From: Sphagnum compactum
Lineage: Eukaryota
Assembly: GCA_965153455.1 (NCBI GenBank)
Contig: OZ234493.1
Location: forward strand, 15,366,213 to 15,430,212
DNA length: 64,000 nucleotides
Direction of reading: 5' to 3'
Within the stretch, counting starts at the first letter, position 1. Every line of letters begins with the position of its first letter. Under the pieces are notes generated by a model that was not told the origin of the DNA, did not search any database, and saw nothing but the letters and a program-made list of their open reading frames with translations. This document shows, in pieces, positions 24,421-38,258 of the stretch. The position numbers and the translations under genes are program-made.

Positions 24421-25426
24421 GAAAGTTTTTTTTGTTTTTTTCTTGTTTTGGGGGTGTCTTTTGGGCTCTTGTGGTCTTCTTTGGTTTTGTTTCAAGCAAC
24501 TAGGGTTGGTTACTAGGTATGTAGGCATGTAAAAATGTATGTTAAAAAGCAAGTTAAAAATAAAATTTGGTCAATTACTTATGACACTTTTCGTTTATTA
24601 TTTGCTTGAGCAACTGCAAAATGGGGTACCCATAAGAATGGTTTTTATTTTTATTTTTTTTATTTTTGTTTTTTTCCAACCAGAAAGTTGGGGATTTTTT
24701 GGGCATATAAATTTTAGTGTAAATTTGAAATTTTTTCTATTTTTGGGAAACTTTTATCTAATTTCTTTTAATTTCAACCTATCCCATTTAGTTAATCTTC
24801 ACCCAAATGCACTAGATTGTAGTTATTTAGAAATGTTTATTGTATCACATGGATAATCGAATTTTTTCAAAAGAAAAATTATTTTGTCTTATGGATGTAA
24901 TGTTCTCCTTTTGTTATTGTTTTTGGGTCACAAGTGATTCTTTAAAACAAATAATGGAAAAGGAAAAAAGTTCTTAGGTCTTTTCAATGTAGTTAATGGC
25001 ACAAAAGTCTATGAGCCTTTATACATGTAAAGGCATTTTGTGGGCTTCTATTTTGGCCAAAAGATATGGGCATTCTAAGCTCTATGTAAGAAATTATTGA
25101 ATTACGATGAACAAAACTTTTTTAGACTTCCTCTCCATTGTTTTACTAAAGTCGAAAATAAAAAAATCAACATGTTGTGAAAACTCAAATGTTACCCCCA
25201 CACTCTTGGCAAGCCTAAACAAGACCAAAGAATTAAATGTAACATTAGGCTCAACATAATTGCACAACAATACCCAAAAAGAATTTTTTTTTGGAATTTT
25301 TTTGTATAATTCTCAGAACTATGATTAAAGTTTTAACTTGCAACACCATGTTGAAAAGATCTTGTTAAATGCTACCAAATCAATAGTAACAAATAACCAT
25401 TTATAACCGTCTCTAACCCAAGGTAA

Positions 25427-25641
25427 TTGAAAGTGCCCTCAATGCATTGATCAAAATTGAGGGCACTTTCAAGAGGGTGTGGACCCAAAAATTAGGGCTA
25501 GGGAAGGCCTGCTCCGAGGGGCCAGCCCTAATTTTTGGGCCTACACCCTCTTGGCAACCACCCTTGAGGCTACACCCTCTTGGCAACCGCCCTTGAGGCT
25601 ACAACCCTCAAATTAGGGGAGGCCCTTGGGAGGGAGCAGGC
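25427..25641. repeat. Tandem hairpins plus 29-bp direct repeats (foldback structure)
   Basis: 17-bp perfect IR 25427-25443/25456-25472; 29-bp IR 25471-25499/25524-25552 (2 differences); direct repeats 25541-25569 and 25570-25598. Confidence 0.85.
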
Positions 25642-28520
25642 ATTAGGATGTGGAGGAGCATCTAGTTATTCTTTTGGCTTTTTCTTGTTGTTGTTTTGTG
25701 GTAGAAATTAATTGATAATTTCTCAGGATGAACTTTTAAGTCTGTAAGCCCTAAGAGAAGTTTTTACACAGAGAGAAATATGTGTACAACATATGTGCGA
25801 GTGTGTAAAAAAAGCATTACTTCTGCACATTCAACATAATTCCAACACCTTAAAGCATGAGAGTTTGGTGACCTAAAATGAAGTCTCTGTTCTCTACTTT
25901 GAAAAGATCCGGAGTTGATACTTGACACCTGCATTTTCAAGTGTTGCTATTTGGAACAAAAAAAAGGAACAAACTTGTCTAATGGAAGTTGATGGCGAGG
26001 AAGAATCTGATTGGGGGTGCCCATGAAACTACCAAATGGCAACAGTTGTGCCAAGGCCTTAGAATTTTCAGCTAGAAATCAAAGACTCCATGCCAGAATT
26101 CTCGCACATTTATGCTCCCCATATACAGGGGTGGGAGCTCCACAAACGAAGATGGGATGATGGCTAACTGATGGATGGATGAATTTAGGGGTTTCTTTTC
26201 ATGAGAATAGTGGTGTCACCAACTTGGGGATGGTGCATAGGAAATTGAGTTTGGCACCCAAGTTTGCAAGTTTTTGCAATATTATGCCTTTGACGAGGTT
26301 CTGAGGAGGTTCTATGTTCTAGCTAATGAAACTGTTCATGCTTTTTGGGTTCATTGCCTCAAGAAGTTAGGGTTTACAGAATACCTGGTGAGTGAGTCCA
26401 GGAGATTTTTTGAGTCAAGGAGAATAGTCAGTCTAGAATTGTTTTTTTTTAATGAAGTTGAGGTAAATAGTGAGTCTCAAAGAAGATTTTCATTTTTTAA
26501 AGTAGAAGTGAATAGTGAGTCAATTAGGTCTTTTTTGTGCAGGCCTTTTTTAAGCAAGTAATGAATGCAGCCAGAAGTGAGAGACAAAGCAATTGATCCA
26601 AAGCAACACTGTTGTGTGTGACAGTGGAGTTGACTAGTTCCCATTATTTTCTCAATCCTGTAGTCAGTCCCACAGTCTCTGCTAATTATATTGGGTTTTT
26701 GATTTGGTGTCTGTCTTATGCAAAGTGCAAAGTGCACCCATCTCTCTCCTACCCTCTCCCCCTTTAGTACTTCTACTCTGTTTTTCTTTTTTCTTTTCAA
26801 AATCCTGGGATGGGATTTTCCAATAAAATTGAACACACCCAATACAGAAAGAAGTCAGAACACCCATTGGGTTCTCAAAGAGCCAATGTGTCAGGAAAGT
26901 GACATATGTGTATTTCAAAAAACTCAAATGTAATTTCTTCAGTTTTGAAATTGGGCTAGAAATTCAATTTTTTTTTTCCTGAAATTTTCTTATTTCATAA
27001 TAATGTTGGTTTTACATATTGAAATTAAATAATCAAAAATCAGTTATGCAATTTCACCTGTGTCTGTTTTGGAGGTGGAGCTTTTTCAGACAACAATAAA
27101 ATCTTCTGCAGAGTTGGAAATGGGTTTAACTTAGTGTGTTCTTCATCCATATATATACTCTATATATTAGAACAGACTTTTGGCAGTGGTTCCTCTGCAA
27201 GTTTTTGTGACTTTTGTTCATTGTTCTTTGTTAATGAACCAGCAAGGCTGCAAGCTGAATCCTCCTGATCAGTTGCTCATGGTGGTTTGAAGCTGGACAG
27301 AGAAAGAAAGCCTTTGTAAAAAAGTAAAGAATATTTTGCATGATGTGTTTTCCTCACATCTCTCTAAATTTACATGCCAGTTCAGATGCCATAACCATAA
27401 TTAAAGCAGTTTTTTTATAAGCACTAGGTCAACACTCAACACCTATAATTATTTTTTAAAGCTCTGTAAGCTGTGGAAAAGGCAGAGAATCTTACTTTTA
27501 ATGTAGAGACACAGAGACCTTGCAATCAAAACATTATTAGGTCAAGCTTTGTGTGGTTGGTTGTATGCATTAGTAGAGATGTAAGAACCTCAGTGATTTC
27601 ACTATTGTGGTTGAAGGCACCCCTTATTTGATGAAATCTGCAAGTGGGCATTTCCAAAAGCAAAATGCCCACATCTTTAGGAGTTTTGTTTGTCAAAATT
27701 CTAGCATTAGGTTTTCTCACATTTTTACAATGACCTGGAGGTTACCCAGCTGGTACCCATTGGGTATCATGGTAATTTTTTAAAATTAAAAAATCATTTG
27801 ATTTTTACGCTGGGTAGCAAAGAAAGCCCAGCTCAAGGGTGTTACCATACACAAAACCCCTCTTTGGTTTGATGCTTGCATGTTTTCAAGTCAATATAAC
27901 AAACAGCTCAAGACTTTGGGAATTGAAAGCAAAGTTGGATAACATTAAAAACGCAGGTTCATGCCACCAACACTAGAAGCCAGGTCATATGGAATAATGT
28001 ATGTTTTCGATAATCACAATGGTGTTTGAAGTGTCCAAGTGCACACTTCAAAACAGCTGATAGTTTTGTATTGACAAGTTGTGGACCACAAAATGTATGA
28101 AAGACCAAAAGAATCAAAGATACGGTCATTTTGGAACTTTTAAAGCATCCCATGAGTAGTAGTAAAAAGATTTGTACAATATATTTTGAATGAAACACCT
28201 TTAAATAGTTGCCCCGAATATGGGGTGTGGGTGGGAGATGTTCTTCAGGTGGGTTTAGGATATGTTGAAGATAAGCAATGGGGTGTCAAGTGCCAACAGA
28301 TGTTGTGCAACTGGGTGAAAGCAAAACTATATGGAAAGTAAGGCTACTTGCCAAACAAGACAAATATGACTTTGTAAACTTCACTTCCAGGATTTTCCAA
28401 CAAGAAGTATGGAATAATGCTACATGATAATAATAAAAAGGATTTTAACTTGGATTTTAGCCCTGCTTAAATACTACAATGGCCCTAGGGAATTGGTTAG
28501 AACCTGAAGAGGGGGACAAG

Positions 28521-28574
28521 CCCCCTTCCCTCCCCCTCCCTTCCCTTCCCTTCCCTTCCCTTCCCTTCCCTTCC
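28521..28574. repeat. (CCCTT)n microsatellite
   Basis: Run of cccttcccttccctt units, directly visible. Confidence 0.9.
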
Positions 28575-30354
28575 ATCATGCCTGATTTCATTTCCAAAAC
28601 TTATGCACCTCAATTTGGACTGGCTTGTAACCTACCTATTGAAAAGATTCACACCTACTTTGTCACAAAAAGACAAAGAGCTTCTTAAGAAAATTTGCTG
28701 GGCTAGGTTTTTTCATTATCATTCTGTTTGCATCTTCAGAAAAGTCTGGGATGCAGTCTAACACAGCTTTGGGTGCCAAAGATATTCCCCAAGATGGGCC
28801 ATGTGCCGCCCCCCCATATGCACACACACCAACCCTTCCTAGTTCTCCTTTCTAGGTTTACTGTGTGTAGTACTCAGAGTAGGGACTGTGTCCTGGGAAC
28901 AGCTCCCTACAAAACAAACCAAAAGAAGACCCAAAAAGAATTACCCCTTAAGAAGCACAAAGGCCCAGGTGGAAAATATAGCACCTGGAACTTCAGCTCC
29001 TTCTTGCAAGGGCAAAGGGATCTCCATGCAATAAATTGTTAATTGAAAACTAATTCTTGATAATCAAGATCTTCTCATCCTGTGCCTTGTCTACTTATAT
29101 AATATTTTAGGTGTCTGTCTGTCTGGTCGTCGTCGGTCCTCCTTTCCATCCATCTGTCCCGTCGTCCATCCCATCATTCATTCGTCCCTTCATCCATCCA
29201 AGGCAAAGAGGGGGGGGAGGGCGCGGGCCCTTCTTAAATTGCAAAACTCCACTGTTTCAGGGAATTGCCCATTCTGCCCTATTTATAGCGCAATAGGTAT
29301 CCATCCTGTTATGAAGGGGTATCGGCCCATAATAAAAATTTCAGGCAGGCACTGAGGAAGGCTCGGTATGCAATCAGTGCAGCCAATTTTTTCCTTTTTT
29401 GGGTTTTGGGGAGAGGGGGAAAGGGAGAAAATTTTTCTTTTTTCTATTGGGGGTGGGGGTCCCGTCCCATCCATGGAATGAAGGAGACAATCATGTGGCA
29501 ATTTATCTCATAGTAAGGAGGTAGTTGCCAGGAGGGACCGACCCCAGGTCATCCCTAGCAGTGTTGTTTTTTATTTTATTTTTCTAAGATTTTTTGGTTG
29601 TAGCCACAGTAGGGGATCTTCCATAGAAAAATGTGGCAACCTTCCTCAAGAAGATTGTGCCAAAACTGGCTATAAATCCGGATATGAAGTAAACAACTGT
29701 AATCATGCTTCTATATCTTTTACTACACACTCAAAACCAACCAAATATATTTGATAATTTTGTCTTTTTTTGCTCCCCCCCCCCCCACACTCACTTTTGG
29801 GGGACTTCACATTGTCCGAAGGTCACGGGTACCCACTAGTCTCGTATAATAAATTCGTAATGCATTGAATTTGCAAACTTGGAAGCCATGCACTTATCAA
29901 GTATGGCCTTTCTTTAGGGAAGTTTTAAAAGCTGGAGCTGATTCTCAGCATCCCCCTCTTGCATGGTGCTAAATGCACCTTGTAAACTCTTTCAACATGT
30001 ATACTTCACCCCTGTGCATGATCAACCCTAATTTAATACTATTATTGAGCAGGTTGAGATTTAGAAATAACTTTTGAAAATGGGTTTTAGTCTTTAGGGT
30101 CCAGACACCAGAACAGCCTCTTGACTTATGGACGACTCAAAATATTGTTGTCCTGTGATGGGCTTCCTATGCCATGAATCACATCTCAATGTGAGTTTGT
30201 CTCATATGGTGATACTTGTTGGCATTGAGAAAGTGTTTGGAGTTTGGACCAGTGTTGGGTTTTGTCCAGGTTTGGATCCAGGTCCAATTCTAAGAACCAA
30301 AGCTCAATGGGTTTGCACGGGGCAAGACTCGTTGCAAGACCCACTAAAGGTCCC

Positions 30355-30967
30355 TATGTGGCTTGGAATTATGGATTAGGGTTTCATGTGTAAAAAGGGT
30401 CGTGCTTGTTTGCATTTGTGCGCTAGAAATGAACTCTTATTTTGTTGTTTGCTCATCACCGGAGCTTGAGTTGATCTATGCAAGGGATGCTAACAATGGC
30501 ATCAATTAAGCTAGAGCAAAAGTTTTGGGATGTGTTTGGTTTTACTTTGTTGTTTTCTATGTGTGGATGCAAGTGCTTTTGGTGAAGGAGCATTATCTGT
30601 TGCGGAAGGTATAAGTAGTCGAGGTTCACTGATGCTAAGCACTAGATTCTTACACTAGTTTTTCATGATTCTACTTGGAAGATTGTTGTGTGTAGTAATT
30701 AGAGACGTTGTGTGGAAGGGAGGAATGCCCACTGTGTTTGAAATTTGTAGCCTCATAAACCTCCTGAATTGTGATTCCACTACGCAATGAAGTTTATAGA
30801 GGGTTTGTTAGGATAGAGTCAAAATGGCATTTAATCGAAAGGGATGACATGCTATAAGGGATCTAAAGGCTAACTTGGGCATGTTTCAATTTGTCCATGT
30901 TTAGTATATGTGTACAACATGAATGTGGTCAAATACCTAAATTATGGGAGCTCCAAACAAATATTTG
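30355..30967 (+). repeat. 5' LTR (shared portion)
   Basis: Aligns colinearly with 37367-37983 from tatgtggcttggaatt to aaacaaatatttg. Confidence 0.85.
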
Positions 30968-33900
30968 TAGTCTAGGTGTAGATGCTAGGTATTTGGTTAG
31001 TTTGTACCAACTTTTGATTTTGTTTTGTCATCTTTCGTATGGGGCATTGTTGGGTACTAAAAATCATTGATTTTGTTAGGGAATATGTTTATCAGTGAAA
31101 CATGCCAAGAAAAGGTCATGATAGCCAAATGAAAGGGGGTCCGAAGTATTCTGATTTGATTGAATGCCAATTAATTAAGTAATGTAATAATAGTCGATTT
31201 TAGTACATATATAGAATTTAACGGTCTAAATAATGTAAACATGGAAATGATGTGTAGGTTACACATTTCCTACCAACTTTGTGATATTGATTTTGATGGG
31301 CAATGTATGTGTTGCAATAGCCCTTGTTTTTGGTATCAAAGTCGATTTTTCTAAAAGTCTAAAATGGTTTATTAAGGTTGTGGATAATGCTAGGTATTGA
31401 TGGTGTAGGTGAAGAGGCATGCCAATGGCACCACTATGGACCAAGGCAAAAGGGATAAATTGAGAAAAACTCAACATAGAAATGAAATATTGGCCATTAG
31501 GTTCAAATCTAGCTAAGAACAAGAGATGGAACAAGAAGCTAGACCACTGTTGCCCAACATCGGCGCATATATTATTTATCCTTAGTTTTTATCCAATCAG
31601 TTGAATAAATCGAAATATTTGAAAAAATTGAATTAATACCAAGAATAGGATATTTGTGATTACCTGTTGCCGTAGTTTCACCTTCTCACTTAGTAAGGTT
31701 TTTTTTCCTAGGAATAGAAATGTTTTTTGTTGTTGGTGACAAAGTGGTTAGAATTGAACATTCAGGAGTTAAATCGAAGGCTTTAATGTGGAGATTAGGA
31801 AAAAATGTTAATGGATAGTGGTTATTGAATTTTGAACATGAGGAAAAGTTTAAAAATCTAGTATGAATCACATCAATTGTCAACCAAATCGTACACTATG
31901 ATCAATGATGACCCCAACCAAGAATTGGAATTATAATGAAGATGATTATTGTTGGATATCATGATGAATGGCAACAATCAAGCCATCGGGAAGTAGCTTT
32001 GTTTCAAATAACGTCCCTGAACCTTCTTTGTTCAGTTTTGAAATCCCTAATCTTAAGAATGGAAACCCTGTTCACAAATTAGGAGATATTTGGATATTGG
32101 GATTGATAGATACCAAACAACATTATGTTAGGTTGTATATGTTGGGGATGGAATACATGTTTAGGTCAGAAGATAGGTTTATCAGGGTGAACATTCTGGG
32201 ACATTGATTTTGCTATGGGTGTTGACCAAGAAGGAACATCTTTTGATTTGTATATGCAATAGGTTTAAAAGAAATAACAGATCTAGAAGATATTTCATGA
32301 TGACAAGCCCCAAGGTTATGGATGAACTTTTCTAGGGTAAGGAATTCAAAGATAATCATGATTGGGTGGAAAAGTTAGAAATGGCGACAAAGGTAAAAGG
32401 AATTAATGAACAAAAGTTCTTCAAGATTGGTAGACTGAATCTAAGAGGGAAAGCCAAGGAATGGTTCAAAAAAATGGATGGTGCTCCAACAAATTGGGAT
32501 GCTAGGAAAGCTGCCATGCTTTCAAAATATGGAATAGTAGACAAGGAAAACGTCAAGGTCAAACTAGAACTTGAATCAAACAAGAACGAAAACAAAGGGT
32601 TCAAGCTTACCATGATAGGATGGAGAAGCTTTTTACAAGGGATAAATTGGAGGATGCAGAACAGAAAAAAATAAATTCTAAGCTTCATCCTGAAATCAAG
32701 AAATTGTGTGTTATGCGAAATTATGCGAATATGGATGAATTGTTTGGTGCAACTTTAGAAATTGAAAAGGTGTTGATTGAATTGGGAGAAACTTTGTTTG
32801 AATTACTAAAAGACAAACATGAAACAGTTGCAACATTTGATGTTGTTGTTGAGAAACAAGTTAGTGTGTTGAATGAATCACTCATTAATTTCTTCGGACC
32901 AAGAATTACACTAGGTCATGGAATAGGGTGATTTGGAGCCAACACCACTTTAGTATGCCATATATGTAGTTTGGTTGATCATGTGGCTACTATTTGTCCA
33001 AGAATTGGGGACCTAAAACGTAAATGCGGTAAATGTGGTCTTCCACATAGGACGAAGAATTGTGGTTTAAGATGTGGTTCTACAACGGTATGGGCCATAC
33101 AATAGTGTTGGAAGGACACCAAACCAAATTCTGCTGCAAATAATTGCTTAGAGGTACTTGTTAATGATGAAGCAGCTACATTAGAACAGTTGAAAAGTCT
33201 TTGTGGAACAAAACATGATGTTTTCTTTGGCGTCAGGATACCAAGAAGGAAAATGCTGGTATAAATGAAAATGCCAAAGGTGGAAAAAACAAAGGAAATA
33301 ACCATCTAACAATTGGTGCAATGAGGGAAGGATCAACATGATCCAAAATTCTAACCCATTTCATTGAGGGTAAAATTTCATTGTCTTCGATGGAGACAAT
33401 CTTGTCAATTCTTGGAAAATTTGAATATTTAGAAAGTCTAATGAAGCTTGCTCAAAAAAAGAAAGATGATAGTTTGAAAATAACTAATTTGTGAAACCAC
33501 AAAAGATACTAGCAATCTGACGGATTTGTATCAGCAAAAGTCATTGGAACAAAACCCTACACCTTTTGGTAGAAATTAGTAACCATTTGGTTGAAGGATT
33601 GGTTGGCACCAATGCATCCACGTCTATTATGGCAACAAGAGTTGTTCGTGAACTAGGTATAATGCATTTAATCACAAGATCTAAATCATACAAAACAACT
33701 TCCCACTTGGTGATACAAGTGGTTGGGAGGATTAATGAAATTGTCGTGAAGGTTAGAGAGATTCAATGTCTCTTGACCTTCATGATCATAGACACTAACA
33801 ATTATGACCTATTACTTGGATTGGATTTCCTAATTAAAATTGGGGCAATTGGGGATGTGGTAAAGGGAACTATCCAAGTCAGCTAAGGTCCTGGAAACAA

Positions 33901-35501
33901 TATACATGTTTTGACATTAAACATGGTCAATATGTTGTAGGTTGTTAGGACGCAAGCACAACATGATATTGATGCAATGAAGATTCTGGAAAAGGAGTTT
34001 AGCTTGACAACAATCATTAATAGTGTTCAAATATTGGAGGATGATGAAGTTGAAGACCAAAACAATGTGAAGGAGAATCAATATACATCAAAGGATGAAG
34101 AAACCATGTCAGACAATGCACTTCAAGTCCAAAGATCAAGATCATTTGATTCTATGGATTTTAGTGTTGGGGAAAAAATGTAGGATGATGGGATGGACTA
34201 TCTTGTCATGCAAGAAGGCCAGATCAAATGATCAATTTTCTTTTGGAAGAACAAACAGACATCATTTATGGCAAATTATCAAATTATGATGACTTTGAGG
34301 ATTAGATCTGATGTGTTTTAGAGGAGGAAAAAAGAAGGAATAATATTTTCCTTAATAAGCAAGTGAATATATATTCTAGTTAGGCTTAGAAAATCAAGAA
34401 AGAGAAAAGCCAATTACTTTTGCAAGTACCTCTACTAAAAAGGTTGGTAGATGGGAAGAGATCAAGTCAAAAATAAGATTGGATCCAAATTTGGATTAGG
34501 AAAAAGTTGATCAATTATGGCAATTATTGGATCAATTCTAAGATGTTTTTGCCTGACATAAAGGATAATTAGGATGTTGCAGTATTGGTGAATATTCTAT
34601 TGACACATAAGGATTTCCAATATGTCGTTTTATTCCAAGCAAACTCTCCTTTTGGGAAGAATTGGAGGTTAAGCAACAATTAGATGAATTGGTCTCATTA
34701 GGGAAAATGAAACCAAACACATCAAAGTATGCTTATAGAATGACACTTCTGGTTTAAAAATATGGTAGTCGTAAATTATGGAAATTATTCACCTTTGAAC
34801 CAGCAAACTAGAAGAAATGATTTTCCAATGTTTTTAGTTGATGATGTTCCGACAATTAAAGTTAAGGAAATCTCAATGGTTTTTGTGCTTGACTTATAGT
34901 CCTGATTTAGGCAAATAAAAATGTCACTAGAAAATGTCAAAAAAATCACGCTGATCACTACGTTTGGTTTCTTTGATTGGAATGTTATGCCTTTTGGCAT
35001 GAAGAATGCTACTAGTACATTCTAAAGAACTATGACCGAGGTGTTTGGAGAGTATATGGACAAGTTATTGAAAGTTTTTGTGGATGACCTCAATATTCAT
35101 AGCATGACTTGGGAAAATCATTTGCAACATCTCCAATTCGTGATGATGAAATTGAGGGAGGTAAACCTAAAGTTCAATCCTAACAAATGTGAATTTGCTA
35201 AGACAAGTGTTGGGTTTTTAAGTCATGTTGTGAACAGAGAAGGGATGCAATCTTATTAAAGGAAAGTGAAGGCAATAACTAAATATCACTACCCACTTCA
35301 ATTACAAATATTAATGCATTTCATAAGATATTAATGTAATTATGGAAAGGGTTACTATCGTATCAATGTTTCTCTTTTTGAGCTTACAAAGAAGGGTCCA
35401 CTATATTTTTGTGGACACCCCAATGTTAAGAGGCATTTGAAGTACTAAAGAATGTGTTGGTTAAGGCACCTATTTTGGTTCGGCCAAAATTCACTAAAGC
35501 C

Positions 35502-35686
35502 CATAGTTATGACATTCTTGGTGCGAGAATGTTATGGAAGCCCAAAGAAGCAAGAATTTTAAAGAATTTTATAGGTCAACCAGTGTAATTTGGTAAACAT
35601 TCGCGGGTAAAGAATGTTATGACAAGGTGCTAAATGAAGAATTTTAAAGAATTTTAATGTGCAAAATGAAGAATGTCATCACTAGG
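35502..35686 (+). mobile_element. 185-bp MITE, copy 1 (hAT-type 8-bp TSD), inserted in the RT/RNase H region
   Basis: TIRs CATAGTTATGACATTCTT / AAGAATGTCATCACTAGG (16/18); TSD ctaaagcc at 35494-35501 and 35687-35694; removal restores RPKFTKAFILDVDW. Confidence 0.93.
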
Positions 35687-37366
35687 CTAAAGCCTTTATT
35701 CTAGATGTTGATTGGTCCACTAAAGGAGTTGGTGTTATTATGTCACAATGAAAAAGGTGTAATGAAAAAGTGGTGGCATATGCAAGTTATAAAAATTTGT
35801 CACCAATACAAAAGTGCTTTCACCTAATGGAGGGTGAATGTCATGTTTTGATATGGGGCACTATGCATTTTAAACAATATTTACACCACAACCACTTCAC
35901 ACTGAGAACAAATCACAAACCATTGGAGTGGTTTGCCACTATGTCTGATGTGTATGGAAGGTGAAGGAGATGGATCAACATGTTGCAAGATTTTTGTTTC
36001 AAGATTATGCATCATCTAGGTCCAAACATTCAAATGCAGATCCCCTTAACAAAAATCCAATAGGACATGCAAATGAAAATGACGATTTTAGAGGGAGATT
36101 CGAGATTATGACTGGTTACAAAAAGCTCAAAAGGGTGAAAGCATGATCAATAGGGAACAATTTGGACTATCACGCTTGTGATTTTTCTAGATTGCATACA
36201 ACGTAGAATTTAAAGCCATATTCAAAAGTAACATTGTCAATTTTTTAATTATTCATGTTGTTGTAGACTTTAATGGGAATCATCATAAAAATTTTGGACG
36301 AATTCTAAAAAGATTATGGACTCATAATGGACTTTTGAAATGACAACACTACATCTATCACACAGAAAAATAAAAAACATGTCAAAGTAGTATCAAAATA
36401 ATATTTAAATAATAATGCATCATTAAATGAAGAATTTATTAGTGAAGTGCATTGAAAATTTCCTAAGATATATGTTTTTAATTTTTAAATGACATGATTG
36501 TTATAAATTTTCATCCTTAAGAATCCATTTCACATCAAAAAATTTAATATTTACAATTGAATTTTTTGATCAATCACATGTTTAAGGATATTCATAGGTT
36601 GGCTTATTAATATTTATGATTAAAAGCATAAGGGATAATTATATGATTTATGGTTTGATAATCGTTAAAACTATAAAAAAACAAAGCTAGTGTTAAATTA
36701 TGGACTATCAAACACCACTTTTGAGCCACCTAACCATGTTTTCAGCCAAAAAATATAAGACATACGCTTGCTAAAGTAAACAAATGTTAGTTCTAACATA
36801 ACCAAGTTGATGATGTAAAAGAAATGGTATGTTCATGCAAATAGTGTCAATTGGTGAAAAGAATTGGAAGTATCAAATCTGACACATAAAAGTTCAAAAT
36901 CATACCTTTCTTGGACCAATTGTACCCAATGGCTCTAGATACAGCTAGACCTTTACCAAAGACTAACAATGGCAACAAATACATACTTGTGGCCATCAAT
37001 CACTATTCAAAATGGGTTGAAGCAAAAGTTAAAGCTAATCATGGAGCTAAGACCATTAGAAAAGAATTTATGCTTCAAGGAAAGGAAAACAAATGTTTGT
37101 GGGGTTTATTGAAGGTGAAAGCTATGTCAAGATGAAGAAACCTAGAAAGAAGAAATCATTAGTTTCTAGTCGGGAAGGGCCCTTCTTTTTATGAAATATC
37201 TGGATGGGAGGGGTTTTTTTGAACAAGATGGAGGATAGATTTATGTCATCAAAGGAAAGGATGATAGATTTTGGGATAGACCTAGAAGAAATCTCCAGGT
37301 TTATCATGTTACACCATGATAATGGTGACTGAGGGATTCATTCAAAAATGTTTGGGAGTGGTTACA

Positions 37367-37983
37367 TATGTGGCTTGGAATTATGGATTAGGGTTTCCCG
37401 AGTAAAAATGGTCTTAGTTGTCTACATCTGTGCGTTAGAAACAAACCCTTATTTTATCGTATGCTCACCACTAGAACTTGAACTTATCTATGTAAGGGAT
37501 GTTAACAATGGCATTAATTAAGTTAAAACAAAAAATTTGGGATGTGTTTGGTTGTACTTTGTTGTTTCCTATGTATGGATGCAAATGTTTTTGGTGATGG
37601 GGCATTATCTATTGTGGAAGGGATAAGTAACCAAGGTTCACTGATGCTAAGCACCAAATTTTTACATTAGCTTTTCGTGATTCTACTTGGAAAATTGTTG
37701 TGTGTAATAATTAGAGACATTGTGTTGAAGGGAGGAATGCCAATTGTGTTTGAAATTTGTAGCTTCATGAACCTCCTCAATTATGATTCTGTTGCACAAT
37801 GAAGGAAGGGTACAGAGTGTTTTTTAGGATAGAGATATAATGGCATTTAATCAGAAGGGATAATAGGCTTTAGGGGATCTAAAGGTTGACTTGGGCATGT
37901 TTCAATTTGTCCATGTTCAATATATGTGGACAACTGGAATGTGGTCGAATATTTAAATTATGGGAGTTCCAAACAAATATTTG
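37367..37983 (+). repeat. 3' LTR (probably truncated)
   Basis: Diverged direct repeat of 30355-30967; similarity stops abruptly at 37983. Confidence 0.85.
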
Positions 37984-38073
37984 GGGAAAAAGACATATAG
38001 TCCTTTTCTAAAGTAATCATGTTGGTACATTGTATCTCATTTGCACCCTTACTATTTACTTACCTACCCAATT

Positions 38074-38258
38074 CCTAGTGATGACATTCTTCATTTTGCA
38101 CATTAAAATTCTTTAAAATTCTTCATTTAGCACCTTGTCATAACATTCTTTACCCGCGAATGTTTACCAAATTACACTGGTTGACCTATAAAATTCTTTA
38201 AAATTCTTGCTTCTTTGGGCTTCCATAACATTCTCGCACCAAGAATGTCATAACTATG
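38074..38258 (-). mobile_element. 185-bp MITE, copy 2 (inverted)
   Basis: Exact reverse complement of 35502-35686; flanks acccaatt / acctaatt (7/8 TSD). Confidence 0.93.

Larger units (their letters stand above)
30355..37983 (+). mobile_element. Degenerate Ty3/gypsy LTR retrotransposon
   Basis: Direct terminal repeats flank broken gag (about 32330-33270), protease (33560-33890, DLLLGLDFL), RT (34600-35260, VMPFGMKNA, FVDDL), RNase H (35460-36050, FILDVDWS, TNHKPL) and partial integrase (36800-37060, YILVAINHYSKWVEA), in PR-RT-RH-INT order. Confidence 0.92.
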
